The translations under genes and the position numbers were made by a program. Shown piece by piece: positions 1 through 10,003 of a stretch of 64,000 bases of DNA. The stretch's first letter is position 1. Each line of letters starts with the position of its first letter. Origin of the DNA: Terriglobia bacterium (GTDB lineage: Bacteria; Acidobacteriota; Terriglobia; JAJPHL01; JAPKYU01); assembly GCA_965206645.1 (NCBI GenBank), contig CBDBKE010000004.1, forward strand, positions 2,048,001 through 2,112,000, given 5' to 3'. The notes under the pieces are model-generated. The model ran no database searches, had not been told where the DNA came from, and saw only the letters and a program-made list of their open reading frames with translations.

Positions 1-660
1 GCGGTGAAGAAGCGACGGCTGGCGGTCAATCCGTGTAATGGGGTGGAGTTTCCGGTCGCGTTGGCTGGTGCGACGCGCAAGCCTCACTATCTGACCGCCT
101 CGAAGCAGGCCTGGCTGGAAGCCTGCGCGCCCCTGTACCTGCGCAACATCATCGCGATCATGGTGGAGATGGGGCTGCGGCCCTATCGCGAGTTGATCCC
201 GATGCGAAAGGGACAGGTCGATCTGGAGAACGGGATCGTACATCTGCCGGATTCCAAGACGGTGAACGGCATCGCGGACATGCCGATGACCGACAGAACC
301 CGCGAGGCGTTCGCCTCGCAGATGAAGCAGAGCGGCGATTCCAACTACCTGTTCCCGAGCCCGCGGATGGACTCGAGCAAGCCGCACATCACGACGGTGC
401 AAAAGCTGTGGAACCGGACGCTCCAGCGCGCCGGGCTGCCGCATTTTTCGCTATACGAGCTGCGCCACACGTTTGCGACCCGGCTCAGCGCCGGGGGCGT
501 AGCGGATCATTTCGTGACGCAGATGCTCCGACAAGGCGACGCCTCGGTGTTCAAGCGCTACAGCCAGGCGAAGCTCAACATGATGCGGGAAGCGCTGTCC
601 AAGCTCGACCGACAGGCGAACGAGCACGGCGCGAGTTCCTTTACAGCGCTGGCCATCTAG
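1..660 (+). CDS. Tyrosine recombinase/integrase 1 (5' end outside window)
   Basis: Motifs GLR, DSKT, YELRHTFATRL and KRYS; ends 86 bp from the 3' end of tRNA-Val. Confidence 0.9.
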   Translation, partial: AVKKRRLAVNPCNGVEFPVALAGATRKPHYLTASKQAWLEACAPLYLRNIIAIMVEMGLRPYRELIPMRKGQVDLENGIVHLPDSKTVNGIADMPMTDRTREAFASQMKQSGDSNYLFPSPRMDSSKPHITTVQKLWNRTLQRAGLPHFSLYELRHTFATRLSAGGVADHFVTQMLRQGDASVFKRYSQAKLNMMREALSKLDRQANEHGASSFTALAI

Positions 661-745
661 AGCCAGTTTTTTGACAGTTTCTTTACAGTTCCGTCTTCGG
701 CAACGAGACGCAAGGCAGACGGGTGATGAAAACAAATAAGTTAAA

Positions 746-822
746 TGGTGGGCGGTGGAGGGCTCGAACCTCCGACCTCCTGCTTGTAAGGCAGGCGCTC
801 TGACCAACTGAGCTAACCGCCC
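746..822 (-). tRNA. tRNA-Val(TAC), intact, CCA encoded
   Basis: Reverse complement reads GGGCGGTTAGCTCAGTTGGTCAGAGCGCCTGCCTTACAAGCAGGAGGTCGGAGGTTCGAGCCCTCCACCGCCCACCA; cloverleaf with anticodon TAC. Confidence 0.97.
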
Positions 823-923
823 GACTGAAATCACTCTATTGATTCTAAACCACTTCCGAATTTCGAAAAACTCCAGAACGCCCCCAGAGAGGGCCAAATA
901 CCCCTCGACCGTGACAAAACCCC

Positions 924-2066
924 TCAATTTGGTCGCTCCGTGACAAAACTCCGGTTGGCCTCGTTTGCCATCCGGTTCAGCTTTTGTAAAGCCTCACGCT
1001 TCATTTGCAGCTTCATTTGCGAATATTTCTTGAACACTTTCGCGTCCCCTTGACGGAGAAGCTGCGTAACCCACTCGTCCGCCACTCCGCCGGCGCTCAA
1101 CCGTGTCGCGTACGTCGAGCGCAGATCGTAGATGCGGAAGTAAGGGACCTTGGCCCTTCGCGAAACGGCGTGCCAGACTGTCTTCAGAGTCTTTTGGTGC
1201 GTGCTTGGGTTATTGTGACTCGGGAAAAGCCAAGGGCCAGGCCCCGAGATTCGAATCTGACCACGAAACGCTTCAAGAGCAACGTTGGTCAGTGGGACCT
1301 CCGAGATTCCGTTGGGCGTCTTTGAATCCGCAATCCAGACCACCGCATTGTCCAGGTCCACCTGATCCTTTTTCATCGGCAGCAGCTCCTTGTATATGCG
1401 GAGTCCGGTCTCGGTGATGATCCGAATAATGTTTTGCAGATACTCGGGCGCTTGAAGTTCAACTCTCTGTTGTTCGGACCAGGATATGTAGTGCGGCCGG
1501 AAGAGCCCCTTGACTTTGACGGGGAACTCGACTCCCAGACACGGATTTGCCGGAAGCAGTTTCTTCCGCACCGCGACATTCAGCATTCGGCGAAGTACCC
1601 GCAATTCCTGATGCACCGTTGCGGGCTTGAGCCGCCCGCGCTGAACGACACCTACGGCAGTTCGGACTGGCACTCGATCCTGCAGCCGGCGCCGCAAGTA
1701 GAGCTCCACATCGTCGGCTGTGAGATCGCCCAAATTCCGGTCCTCGAAAGCCTTCTTAAGATGCGCGCTGCACCGCAGATTAGCTTCGTGGGTCCGGTGC
1801 GCGCGAATCGGAGGCTGCGAGTAATTCTCCAAGAAAAACTCCACCCAATCAGCAAATCGAAAATGCTCTCCTTTCCGGACGATGTCCAAGATCCTATCGT
1901 CCCTTGCCTGAAGGCGCTCTCGGAGCTTCCGCTGCGCCTCGTCCCAATTCTCGGTGAACGTCGACTCTCGGATCCGCTTACCGCTACGGTCCCGATAGGA
2001 CATCCAGAGAATCCTGCCGTCATTGCGTTTATAAACGGCGCCATCGTGTTTACTCGGCCTTGCCAT
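924..2066 (-). CDS. Tyrosine recombinase/integrase 2, full length
   Basis: 380 aa; N-terminal arm-binding region; GLR, DSKT, YDLRSTYATRL, KKYS; C-terminal half closely similar to integrase 1. Confidence 0.93.
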   Translation of the reverse strand: MARPSKHDGAVYKRNDGRILWMSYRDRSGKRIRESTFTENWDEAQRKLRERLQARDDRILDIVRKGEHFRFADWVEFFLENYSQPPIRAHRTHEANLRCSAHLKKAFEDRNLGDLTADDVELYLRRRLQDRVPVRTAVGVVQRGRLKPATVHQELRVLRRMLNVAVRKKLLPANPCLGVEFPVKVKGLFRPHYISWSEQQRVELQAPEYLQNIIRIITETGLRIYKELLPMKKDQVDLDNAVVWIADSKTPNGISEVPLTNVALEAFRGQIRISGPGPWLFPSHNNPSTHQKTLKTVWHAVSRRAKVPYFRIYDLRSTYATRLSAGGVADEWVTQLLRQGDAKVFKKYSQMKLQMKREALQKLNRMANEANRSFVTERPN

Positions 2067-2271
2067 TCTCCACCTCCTGTCTGAAGCTTGCGCGGAAGGG
2101 CTCGAGATCCGATTTGAGAAACCGGATGTTCCGGCCCATCACGCGGAGATGGGGAATCTGCTTTCGCTCGACCCAAAGATACACGGTTTGAGGGCTAACA
2201 CCAAGGTACATGGAAGCATCTCTAACGGTCAGGGGAAAATCCGTATTTCGCTGCTCTGCGCTCCCCGGCAT
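2050..2271 (-). CDS. Excisionase-like HTH protein
   Basis: LTVRDASMYLGVSPQTVYLWVERKQIPHLRVMGRNIRF; overlaps the integrase start. Confidence 0.88.
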   Translation of the reverse strand: MPGSAEQRNTDFPLTVRDASMYLGVSPQTVYLWVERKQIPHLRVMGRNIRFLKSDLEPFRASFRQEVENGKAE

Positions 2272-2493
2272 CAACTCTCCCCGTCCTTCCTCATGGCTGG
2301 TCCGGGCCATATTTGCCTTCCCTTAAGAGTCCAGAAAAAACGATTAGCGACCTGGGTGAAAGCTTGCCACGACGATTGCCCCACGCTGAAAACTCAGTCG
2401 CATCAGCGCTACACGCAGGTTGAAGTTCCGCTCTTGGGGCTTTGTTAAGTAGGGTCGCGCTGTCCGATCCGACCTCCGGAAAGGTGTTATGGC

Positions 2494-2772
2494 TTATCGC
2501 AGCACAGGGGAGCCACGAAAAATTTGAACGTGGTCTTGGGAAGGAGCGACGCGAACCCCCGTCCTCTCCCCTCTCCACGCCGGACCGAGCGCTTTACCAG
2601 ATCCACCTTCCGCCCCGGATCGGCGAGTCCGGCGGCCTGCGTCTTCGGGAAAGACGCCGTATTCCTCGGCGATCCAGGCCGGGACTTCCCGCGTCTCCTC
2701 ACCGCCCCGGCCGAGCTCCCGTTCGAAGTCTTCCAGAGTCTTCACTCGTATGATTTTTTCTTCATCCGTCAT
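2494..2772 (-). CDS. Hypothetical protein
   Basis: GGAG RBS, overlaps the stop of the upstream ATPase. Confidence 0.5.
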   Translation of the reverse strand: MTDEEKIIRVKTLEDFERELGRGGEETREVPAWIAEEYGVFPEDAGRRTRRSGAEGGSGKALGPAWRGERTGVRVAPSQDHVQIFRGSPVLR

Positions 2773-3490
2773 CGTGTTCCCTCCAGATCGGCTTGATAAG
2801 CCAGCGGTTTTGCGGCGCGTCGTAACCCTGGACGAGCAGCGCTTCCTCCACGAACCGACGTCCCTCTCGCCGGGTCATGTGAATCACCATAGCGATGCCG
2901 TCCACCACGCCCCGGCAGGTCACCTCCCAGGGAAGCTCGCCGCCGCCCTGCATGGCGCAACTGGCGATGCGCGACAAGGCCGACTCGGCGTTGTTGGCGT
3001 GTACGGTCGTGAGGGAGCCGCCGTGTCCGGTATTGAGGGCTTGCAATAGATCAGCGGCCTCCCCGCCCCGGACCTCGCCCACCACGATGTGATCCGGGCG
3101 GTGGCGAAGCGCGTGGCGCACCAGGTTGCGGATCGTCACCGCGCCGGTTTCCAGCCCGCGAGCCTCGAAGCGGACGCAATTAGAGCGATCAATGCGAAGC
3201 TCCAGCGTGTCCTCGATGGCGACAATTCGCTCGTCATCCGGTAGTAGTTCGATCAGCGCATTGAGCAAGGTGGTCTTGCCCGAGCCGGTGCCGCCTGAAA
3301 CCAGAACGTTGCGTCGGGAGCACAACACCCGCTCGGCTTCCGCCCGCACGTTTTCGGGGAGTGCGCCTTGCCCCACCAGATCATCGGCGGAAAACGAGCG
3401 CTTGCCAAAGCGCCGCACCGTAATAGCCACGCGAGGACTTGCGGGCGGCACACAGATTGCAACCCGCGAGCCATCCTCCAAGCGGGCGGC
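2762..3490 (-). pseudogene. CpaF/TrbB/VirB11-family secretion ATPase, 5'-truncated
   Basis: Walker A GGTGSGKT, IEDTLEL, RHRPDHIVVGEVRG, TGHGGSLTTVHAN; N-terminus replaced at ~3490 by repeat A. Confidence 0.9.
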
Positions 3491-3494
3491 GACT

Positions 3495-3744
3495 TTCCAC
3501 GGTTTTCTCCCAACTCTTTCCTCTCGTTGCTCTTACACGGTTTTGGGGCGTCTGCTTTCGCTCGCACGCCTACAGCCTAGCCCGCTTGATGGGCGAGTTT
3601 CCTGACGGTTTCTTGACGGTGGTTACTTCTACGGCCATGCTCTACTGGCTGCGCAGCACGTTGTTGCAGTAATGGTTTTTGATCTGCTATAGCCCGGCTC
3701 GTCGTGAGGACCGTTTTGTCGAGCCATGGAATCTACTTTCCCTA
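3495..3744 (+). repeat. Repeat A copy 1 (att/element-end-like)
   Basis: Aligns with 13888-14139 and, inverted, 41405-41575; begins TTCCACGGTTTTC. Confidence 0.9.
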
Positions 3745-3772
3745 TTATCAATCGGGGCCAGGAGAGGAAACG

Positions 3773-4291
3773 ATGCCGCGATTCAAGGAACATCAATTAC
3801 AACTAGTGGGCTTGATAGGTCGTTTTGAGACTGATTCATCATCGACTCACGTCCGTAACGCGCTCGCGGCGATAGGGCGCTTGAAGGATGCCGGAGCCAA
3901 AGTTTGGAATGAGGATCCCCAGAAACTACGCCGATGGCAAGAATATTGCGCCACTTTGTGGACGTTTCTCAACAGCAGTTTGCGACAACGCCGGCATCTT
4001 AAGAAGCAAGATTTGGCTACGATCAATCGTCACGACGTGCCGTCCAGTCTGCACCGTTGCGTGGCGACGACGAATGTGATCGAGAGTCCGCAATCGGGGG
4101 TGCGGAAAAAGACGGGCAATGTTTGCCGCTGGCGCGACGGGGAGATGATCTTGCGCTGGGCAGCGGGAGCGTTCCTGCTGACTGAAAAGAAGTTTCGTAG
4201 AACCATGGGCTATCAGGACCTGTGTGCCTTGGCCGGCATTCTCGGCCGAACGAGTATCGCTACTGCCGCTGAGAAGGAGAAAGGGACGTAA
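3773..4291 (+). pseudogene. Chimeric ORF: unknown N-terminus fused to an IS256-family transposase C-terminus
   Basis: TTNVIESPQSGVRKKTGNVCRWRDGEMILRWAAGAFLLTEKKFRR is typical of IS256 C-termini. Confidence 0.75.
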
Positions 4292-4564
4292 CATGAACCT
4301 GCAAAGTAGTTTAAGACACCCTCACCTCAAGATTCCGCGGGCAATGATGCGGATGCAGACCCGCTGGCTTAGAAGATTCTACGACGAGGGCGAAGAGCAC
4401 TTCGACTTCGGGTTCAATAAACTGAAGGCCGAGACAGACCACCTTACGCCCGAGGAATGGGAGAAGGACGAGGATTTTTACCTCGAACAGCGCTACGACT
4501 TGAAGTCTTTGCGGGAGCTGAAAAGGCACTTCTCAATTGTTGGACTGTTCACGGTGTTCGAGAT

Positions 4565-5793
4565 TGCCAGCTCAACCGGTCGATGCAACACAAGCGTTAA
4601 ATCGTTCTGCCGGAGTTTCAAACTCCAGCGTCTGACGGGGCCGTTCGTTCAGCTGACGTGCCACCTTGTTCAGATGCGCCTGAGAGTGCACCGACAAGTC
4701 CGTTCCCTTGGGGAAGTACTGTCGAAGTAGACCGTTGGTGTTCTCATTCGAACCGCGCTGCCATGGACTCTGAGGATCACAGAAGTATACGTCAATGTCG
4801 GTCGCCAACGTGAACCGTCGATGCTCGGCGAGCTCCAGGCCTCGATCCCAAGTCAGAGATTTGTACAGTTCCGTCGGCAGCTTCTTCGCGTGCTTGATGA
4901 GCGCCGACACGACCGTCTCCGTTTTCTTGCTGGATACTTTCGTAAGCATCACGTAGCGCGTATGACGTTCGACCAGAGTCGCAATGTGGCTGTTCTTCGA
5001 TCCGGACAGCAGATCGCCTTCCCAATGACCGGGCACGGCACGATCTTCGACCGAGGCCGGGCGCTCACGGATCGATACGATGTCGGTGATCTGTCCTCGT
5101 CCATGGCCTCTCAGACTTGCATGTCGGGATCGACGAATCGTCCGCTTTGACCGCAGATGCTGCATCAGCTCTGCCTTCAGCGCACCGCGGGCTTGAACAA
5201 ACAGGCTGCGGTAGATGGTCTCGTGAGACACGTGATAGGACGGATCCTTCGGATAGGCTCGTTTCAGCCAGCTGGCGATCTGCTCAGGCGACCAGTTTAT
5301 GCTGAGCTTTCTGGCCACTACCCGTCGTAGTTGTGGATGCTTGACCAGCTGACACCGCTTCGGCCGGCGGGCCCTCTCCCCGGCTTGCTCATCGGCCTCC
5401 GCTGCTCGATAGTCATTATCGCCGCCATTCCGCCGAATCTCCCGGCTCACCGTCGATGGTGAGCGACCCAGCAACCCGGCGATGGATCGTATCGATTGAT
5501 GTGCCGCAATGCCTCGAGAGATCTCTTCGCGCTCCGACAACGTCAGTGCCCAACATGAACGGCGTGGTGGCCGAGGACGGATGCCTCCGTACGGAGCAAG
5601 CTGATGGTAAACAGACGATGGCTGCTTACAAAACACTCGTCCAATCGACTTGAGCGACTCCCCTCGTTTCCACCGATCCCACACCTCCTCCAGTTCCGCC
5701 AGCGTGTAACCGCGACGAGCTCTTTGCTTCATCCGCATACACTCCACCTCCTCCTTTCAAGGCAAAGTGTTGCGTCGATGGGTTGAGACCACC
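4565..5793 (-). mobile_element. IS30-family element copy 1 (1229 bp, AT target duplication)
   Basis: Near-identical to 29074-30302; imperfect terminal inverted repeats; AT on both flanks. Confidence 0.95.
4572..5747 (-). CDS. IS30 transposase
   Basis: GHWEGD, LTWDRG, PWQRGSNENTNGLLRQYFPKG. Confidence 0.97.
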   Translation of the reverse strand: MECMRMKQRARRGYTLAELEEVWDRWKRGESLKSIGRVFCKQPSSVYHQLAPYGGIRPRPPRRSCWALTLSEREEISRGIAAHQSIRSIAGLLGRSPSTVSREIRRNGGDNDYRAAEADEQAGERARRPKRCQLVKHPQLRRVVARKLSINWSPEQIASWLKRAYPKDPSYHVSHETIYRSLFVQARGALKAELMQHLRSKRTIRRSRHASLRGHGRGQITDIVSIRERPASVEDRAVPGHWEGDLLSGSKNSHIATLVERHTRYVMLTKVSSKKTETVVSALIKHAKKLPTELYKSLTWDRGLELAEHRRFTLATDIDVYFCDPQSPWQRGSNENTNGLLRQYFPKGTDLSVHSQAHLNKVARQLNERPRQTLEFETPAERFNACVASTG

Positions 5794-6594
5794 ATGTTTA
5801 TCCGGAATACGCTGCAGGAGCTTTACTTGGCGGGTGCGGATGTGCCAAAGCTGAATAAGCGCTGGTGTCTCGACAAGATGAAGGAGATATTCAAGGCAGC
5901 AGGCGTGCCCATAACGGAACCCGATCGTGACTGGAATTCCATCAAGAAATTACAGGCCATCCGAAACTGCATAACCCACCTCGACGGCCGACCTGACGAG
6001 GAAACCGTGCGGCAGCTTAAAGGCTATAACTGTCACGTAATCAAGGGCGTGTGGATGAAACTTCCTGCTAGCTATTTTGAGGAGAGCGCCGACTTGGTCG
6101 AACGAATCTGCGAGTGCATCGTCGAGGACTGCCAGAACGCCGTGAAGGAAAAGCGTGTCAAGGCGCGTGCCCGCAAGGCCCGAGGCGAGAAGACGACATC
6201 ATCCGCACGTTCCTCTTAGCGTATGAGGACACATACTGGAGCAGCATCGAGCCGACGTTTCGCCTTTTCTTGGACCCCGTGTTGAAGACCCCCCTGTCCC
6301 ATAGTCCGAGCTTCAAGGTGAAGTGGCCCGTATGCGAGCGGAAGAAGTTTCCCGGCGGCGCGCCTTATCTGTCATCACTGTCCGCTTGAGGGGTGTTATT
6401 GGTGCGCCGCGCCCGCACGGTCTCTCCGAGGTCGTCGTTCCGGCGCCGCCAGACTGACCTCCACGGAGCCGCACTGAAACCACTAAGGACACCAGGCGAC
6501 GCCCCGTAGCGTTGGATTTTGCCCCGTTGCTATCGTAACCCCGAATGGGTCCGGCTTTTCGAGGGTACCGACCAGATTCGTGTTGAAATACACG

Positions 6595-6720
6595 CTAACG
6601 GCTCGGCCTGAGCCCTCGGGCGCGCATGAAGCTGTAGAGGGTGGTACGGGACACGCCCGTGATCTTGGCGATGGCGGTCTTGGAAACGCCCAGCTCGAGG
6701 AAACGTCGGATTTCGTCGTT
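6595..6720 (-). pseudogene. Serine resolvase C-terminal HTH remnant
   Basis: Minus strand reads RFLELGVSKTAIAKITGVSRTTLYSFMRARGL. Confidence 0.6.
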
Positions 6721-6736
6721 ACGATCACCGCTGCTT

Positions 6737-7058
6737 TCACGGCGCCTGGCGATCCGCTTCCAGAATCCGGTCGATGCGCGGCCGCACCGGCCTCAGCTTG
6801 CCCGGCCGTCGCTCCGGTTTCTTGCGCCGAGGAGGCACGGCCTGCGCAATCGCCTCCCGCACTATCCGCCGGTGTACTCCCAGCTTCCGCGCTACCCCAC
6901 GGATCGTTCCCACCCCGAACTCGTACTCCCGTCGAATCTCTTCAAATAGTTCCACCCTCGATCTCCTCGTCACCCGTCCCCTCCGTTCCAACTCCAAACT
7001 TGAAACAGACTCTCCTGGTCAGTTGTCAGGGGTGGGCCAATTGAGAGTAGCGAAATCA
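6737..7058 (-). mobile_element. IS21-family left end with istA N-terminal remnant
   Basis: [30 protein letters not shown]...[15 protein letters not shown]. Confidence 0.8.
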
Positions 7059-7062
7059 CCAC

Positions 7063-7401
7063 GTGTGCTTCGATGTAACGAACGTGGGAGAACGGCCCGT
7101 AATCATCACCACAGTAGGTTGGGTTGTCGGAAAGCGAAAGAAGCGCAGGTACTGTGTTCAGCCCCTATTGGCGTCCAGGTCGCAGCATTGCCCTGTTGAA
7201 CTCACGCACGAGAAAAATGCCAAGCTCATGGTTTCGCTGACCGAAGCGCCGAGCTGGGTAAGTGATTTCAAGAAGTTCCTCGATGACACCTCAGACCAGT
7301 CACTGAAGACGCTCAGGGCGCAGGTCTTTACATCGGTAGGACAAACCTTCGAAATCAAACCCGAAAGCGAGCTGATTGGTCGGCTTCGTTGGGGTTGCTG
7401 A
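7063..7401 (+). pseudogene. Hypothetical protein, probably 5'-truncated by the IS21 end
   Basis: Protein-like ORF starting immediately after the IS end. Confidence 0.45.
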
Positions 7402-7439
7402 AACGGTGCCTTGAGCCGTTTTGATTTTTCTGGTCGGTT

Positions 7440-7600
7440 TTGCATAGTAGTCGTCGCTCCTACTACTTGTTCTTTAACTACATGTCTTCTATTTGTATGG
7501 TCTTCCCGAAACAGCGAAGAATCGGCCCGGCGAGTCTTCCTGAAACGGCGTGGAAAACTCCCTCGATTCACCGGCCCTTGTGGAAAAATATCGTCACAGG
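7440..7600. other. Candidate plasmid oriV (AT-rich tract plus iteron-like repeats)
   Basis: TCTTCCCGAAACAGCG (7501) and TCTTCCTGAAACGGCG (7536), GTGGAAAA twice, next to the repA 3' end. Confidence 0.4.
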
Positions 7601-8017
7601 AAGTCCCAGGAGCGATTTTCAGCGTCCGGAGGCCCTGCAACCTTCGGGCAAACGCAAGAAGCCGTCAGAGGCGAGCTTTGCGGTTCTAGCTTGCTAGCTG
7701 AGGATGATCCGAAGGTGGAATGGTGGGCCGTGAGGGGTGAAGGATCAGGACGCCCGGCGCGGTTGTGTAGTTCAGGCCGGACCAGGCTAGCTTGATCTTC
7801 TTCAACTCCCGGATCACCTTGCGTTGGAAGTTGCGGACGGTGACTCTGTCGCTGGCCTTGTCCGGGTGTGCTCCGAACTGGCGGTACACCTGTCGCCAGG
7901 AGAGACGCTGCGGAGCGGGAAGGTGCGGTAGACCAACCAGAGGTAGAGGTCGAGGCCCAGCGAAGAGCGTTTGAGCGCCGTGAGGGTGTTCATATCGAGC
8001 GGTACAGGGTGGCGGAT

Positions 8018-9297
8018 TGACCTGCCTGGCGATTTCCGGACCAGCTGAAGCCTGAGAGAATGGCGCCCTCGGAGAAACGAGGGAGCCATGAAGAAGACCC
8101 GGTTTACCGAAGAGCAGATGGTGACGATCCTCCGCGAGGCCGATCAGCGGCCCGTTCCGGAGGTGGCCAAAAAGAACGGCGTCAGCGCCCAGACGCTCTA
8201 CGCCTGGCGGAAACACTTCGGCACGTTGGAGCCCGCCGATGTGAAGCGGCTGCGGCAGCTCGAGCAGGAGAACGGCCGGCTGAAAAAGATGGTGGCCGAT
8301 CGAGATCTGGAGATCGACGTGCTCAAGGAGATCACCCGAAAAAAATGGTAGGCGCACGCGTGCGCCGGCCGCAGGTCGCGTATGCACGTGCACGCGGTCT
8401 GTCGGGTCGCCGCGCGTGCGCCTTGCTCTCCGTCGCACGGTCCACGCTGGGCTACCAGTCGCGGCTGGTCGACCGGGATGCCCCGGCGCTGGCCGCGATG
8501 CGTCGTCTGGCGGCGCAGTATCCGTGGTACGGCTATCGCCGGATTCGGATTTTCCTAAAACGCGAAGGGCACACGATGAGCACGGACCGGACCCATCGCC
8601 TCTGGCGCCAGGCGGGGTTGCAGGTGCCTCGGCGGCGGCCGCGGCGCCGGGTCGCCCTGAGCCGGCCCCGCCCGGTGCCCGCCACTGCGGTCAATCACGT
8701 CTGGGCGTACGACTTCGTGTTCGACACCTGCGCGAATGGGCAGACGCTCAAGTGCCTCACCGTCGTCGACGAATGGACCCGCGAGTCACTCGCGATCGAC
8801 GTGGCCGGCGGCATTCGGTTCGGGCGCGTTATCGAGGTGCTCACGCAGCTCGTGAGCCTCCACGGAGCCCCACGTTACCTCCGGTCCGACAACGGCCCCG
8901 AGTTTGTCGCGGGTGCGATTCTCCGGTGGCTGCTCCAGGCGCAGATCGAAACCGCGCTCATCGAGCCGGGGAAGCCGTGGCAGAATGCGACCGACGAATC
9001 GTTCAACGGGAAGTTCCGCGACGAGTATCTGAGCCTGCAGTGGTTTCGGAACCGCGTGGACGCGAAGGTGGGGATCGAGCAATGGCGACGGCACTACAAC
9101 GACGTGCGACCGCACTTGAGCCTTGGCTATCTGACGCCAGCCGAGTTCAAAGCGCAGCTCCGTGCTGGCTCGGATGACGGTGGGCGCTCGCCGGCGATGC
9201 CGGCTCACGCTGACCAAGAAGAACACGAGAGCGACTTAACCATGCCGACTGGCGCTGTTCTCCAGTAATCGGTGGTCCGAAGAAAGCCGGCAGGTCA
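8018..9297 (+). mobile_element. IS3-family element copy 1 (GGAT target duplication)
   Basis: TGACCTGCC...GGCAGGTCA ends; orfA 8088-8351, orfB to 9268; A7 frameshift window near 8339. Confidence 0.96.
8088..9268 (+). CDS. IS3 transposase OrfAB (-1 programmed frameshift)
   Basis: MKKTRFTEEQ HTH; WAYDF, RSDNGPEF, ESFNGKFRDE DDE motifs. Confidence 0.93.
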
Positions 9298-9936
9298 GGA
9301 TGATCTCGTTGAAGAACGCCTCAGCTAAATAAATCTTGCTGTCCCACAGCATCGGCTCGTCAGGCTTACGCTCGTTCCACCAAAAATCAGTAAGGTCGGC
9401 AATCAGAGCGGTGGCGGTCGTTTCGCGCCGCGCATCCCCATAGACCAGCGAGACGCTGCAACCAAACAGCCGCTTCATCTGGTTGCGGAGGCGGGTGTAC
9501 TTTCCGCCGCTGGTGCTGTAAACACCGAGCGCTCGCATGAAGTCCGCCAGCGATTTCCCCAGAACCAGCTCGCGGTTTTGGGTTCGTACCGCTTCGGTGC
9601 AGAGCCAGGCCAGGATCAAACGCGGCAGGTTGCCGAAGGGGAGCTTGTTGCCGCCCGTCACCGTCATGTAGAGGGTGAATGGCCCGTTGACGCGTTTGTA
9701 TTGAAGCCGGTTGCCGGGGTTGCTCCGGGGCAACGAGCAGAGCGCCATCGTTCGCGCCATAAAACCCCAGTCGGGGTCCGCTTCGCTGGCCCCGACCAAC
9801 TGGTTTACCTGATCGGCGAGGGTGAAGCCCCGCCGCGCCGGTGGTGGGGTTTCGCGGAGCGCCTTGACCGGCCCGTCCAGATCGGCGATGACTTCACCGA
9901 CGGGAACCAACTCGCCGCGTTGACGCTGCATGCCCT

Positions 9937-9966
9937 ATTCTCCCATGCCCCTCAGACAAGACAGGG
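9937..9966 (-). promoter_or_regulatory. Repeat B copy 1, promoter-like, directly upstream of repA
   Basis: Minus strand ...CATGGGAGAATAGGGC-ATG; TGn plus GAGAAT resembles an extended -10. Confidence 0.55.
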
Positions 9967-10003
9967 ACACCACTCATCACAACCAGAGAAAGCGACAGAG
10001 AAA

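Larger units (their letters stand above)
4293..6219 (+). pseudogene. HEPN-like protein gene interrupted by IS30
   Basis: Removing 4565-5793 and one AT duplication restores TTC GAG ATG TTT (FEMF) in frame; RNCITH matches the Rx4H motif. Confidence 0.75.
7686..9931 (-). pseudogene. repA: Plasmid RepA (RepA_C/IncW-like) replication protein, interrupted by IS3 and frameshifted
   Basis: LCSLPRSNPG, LPFGNLPRLILAWLCTEAV; continues after the IS as HPVPLDMNTLTALKRSSLGLDLYLWL. Confidence 0.85.
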
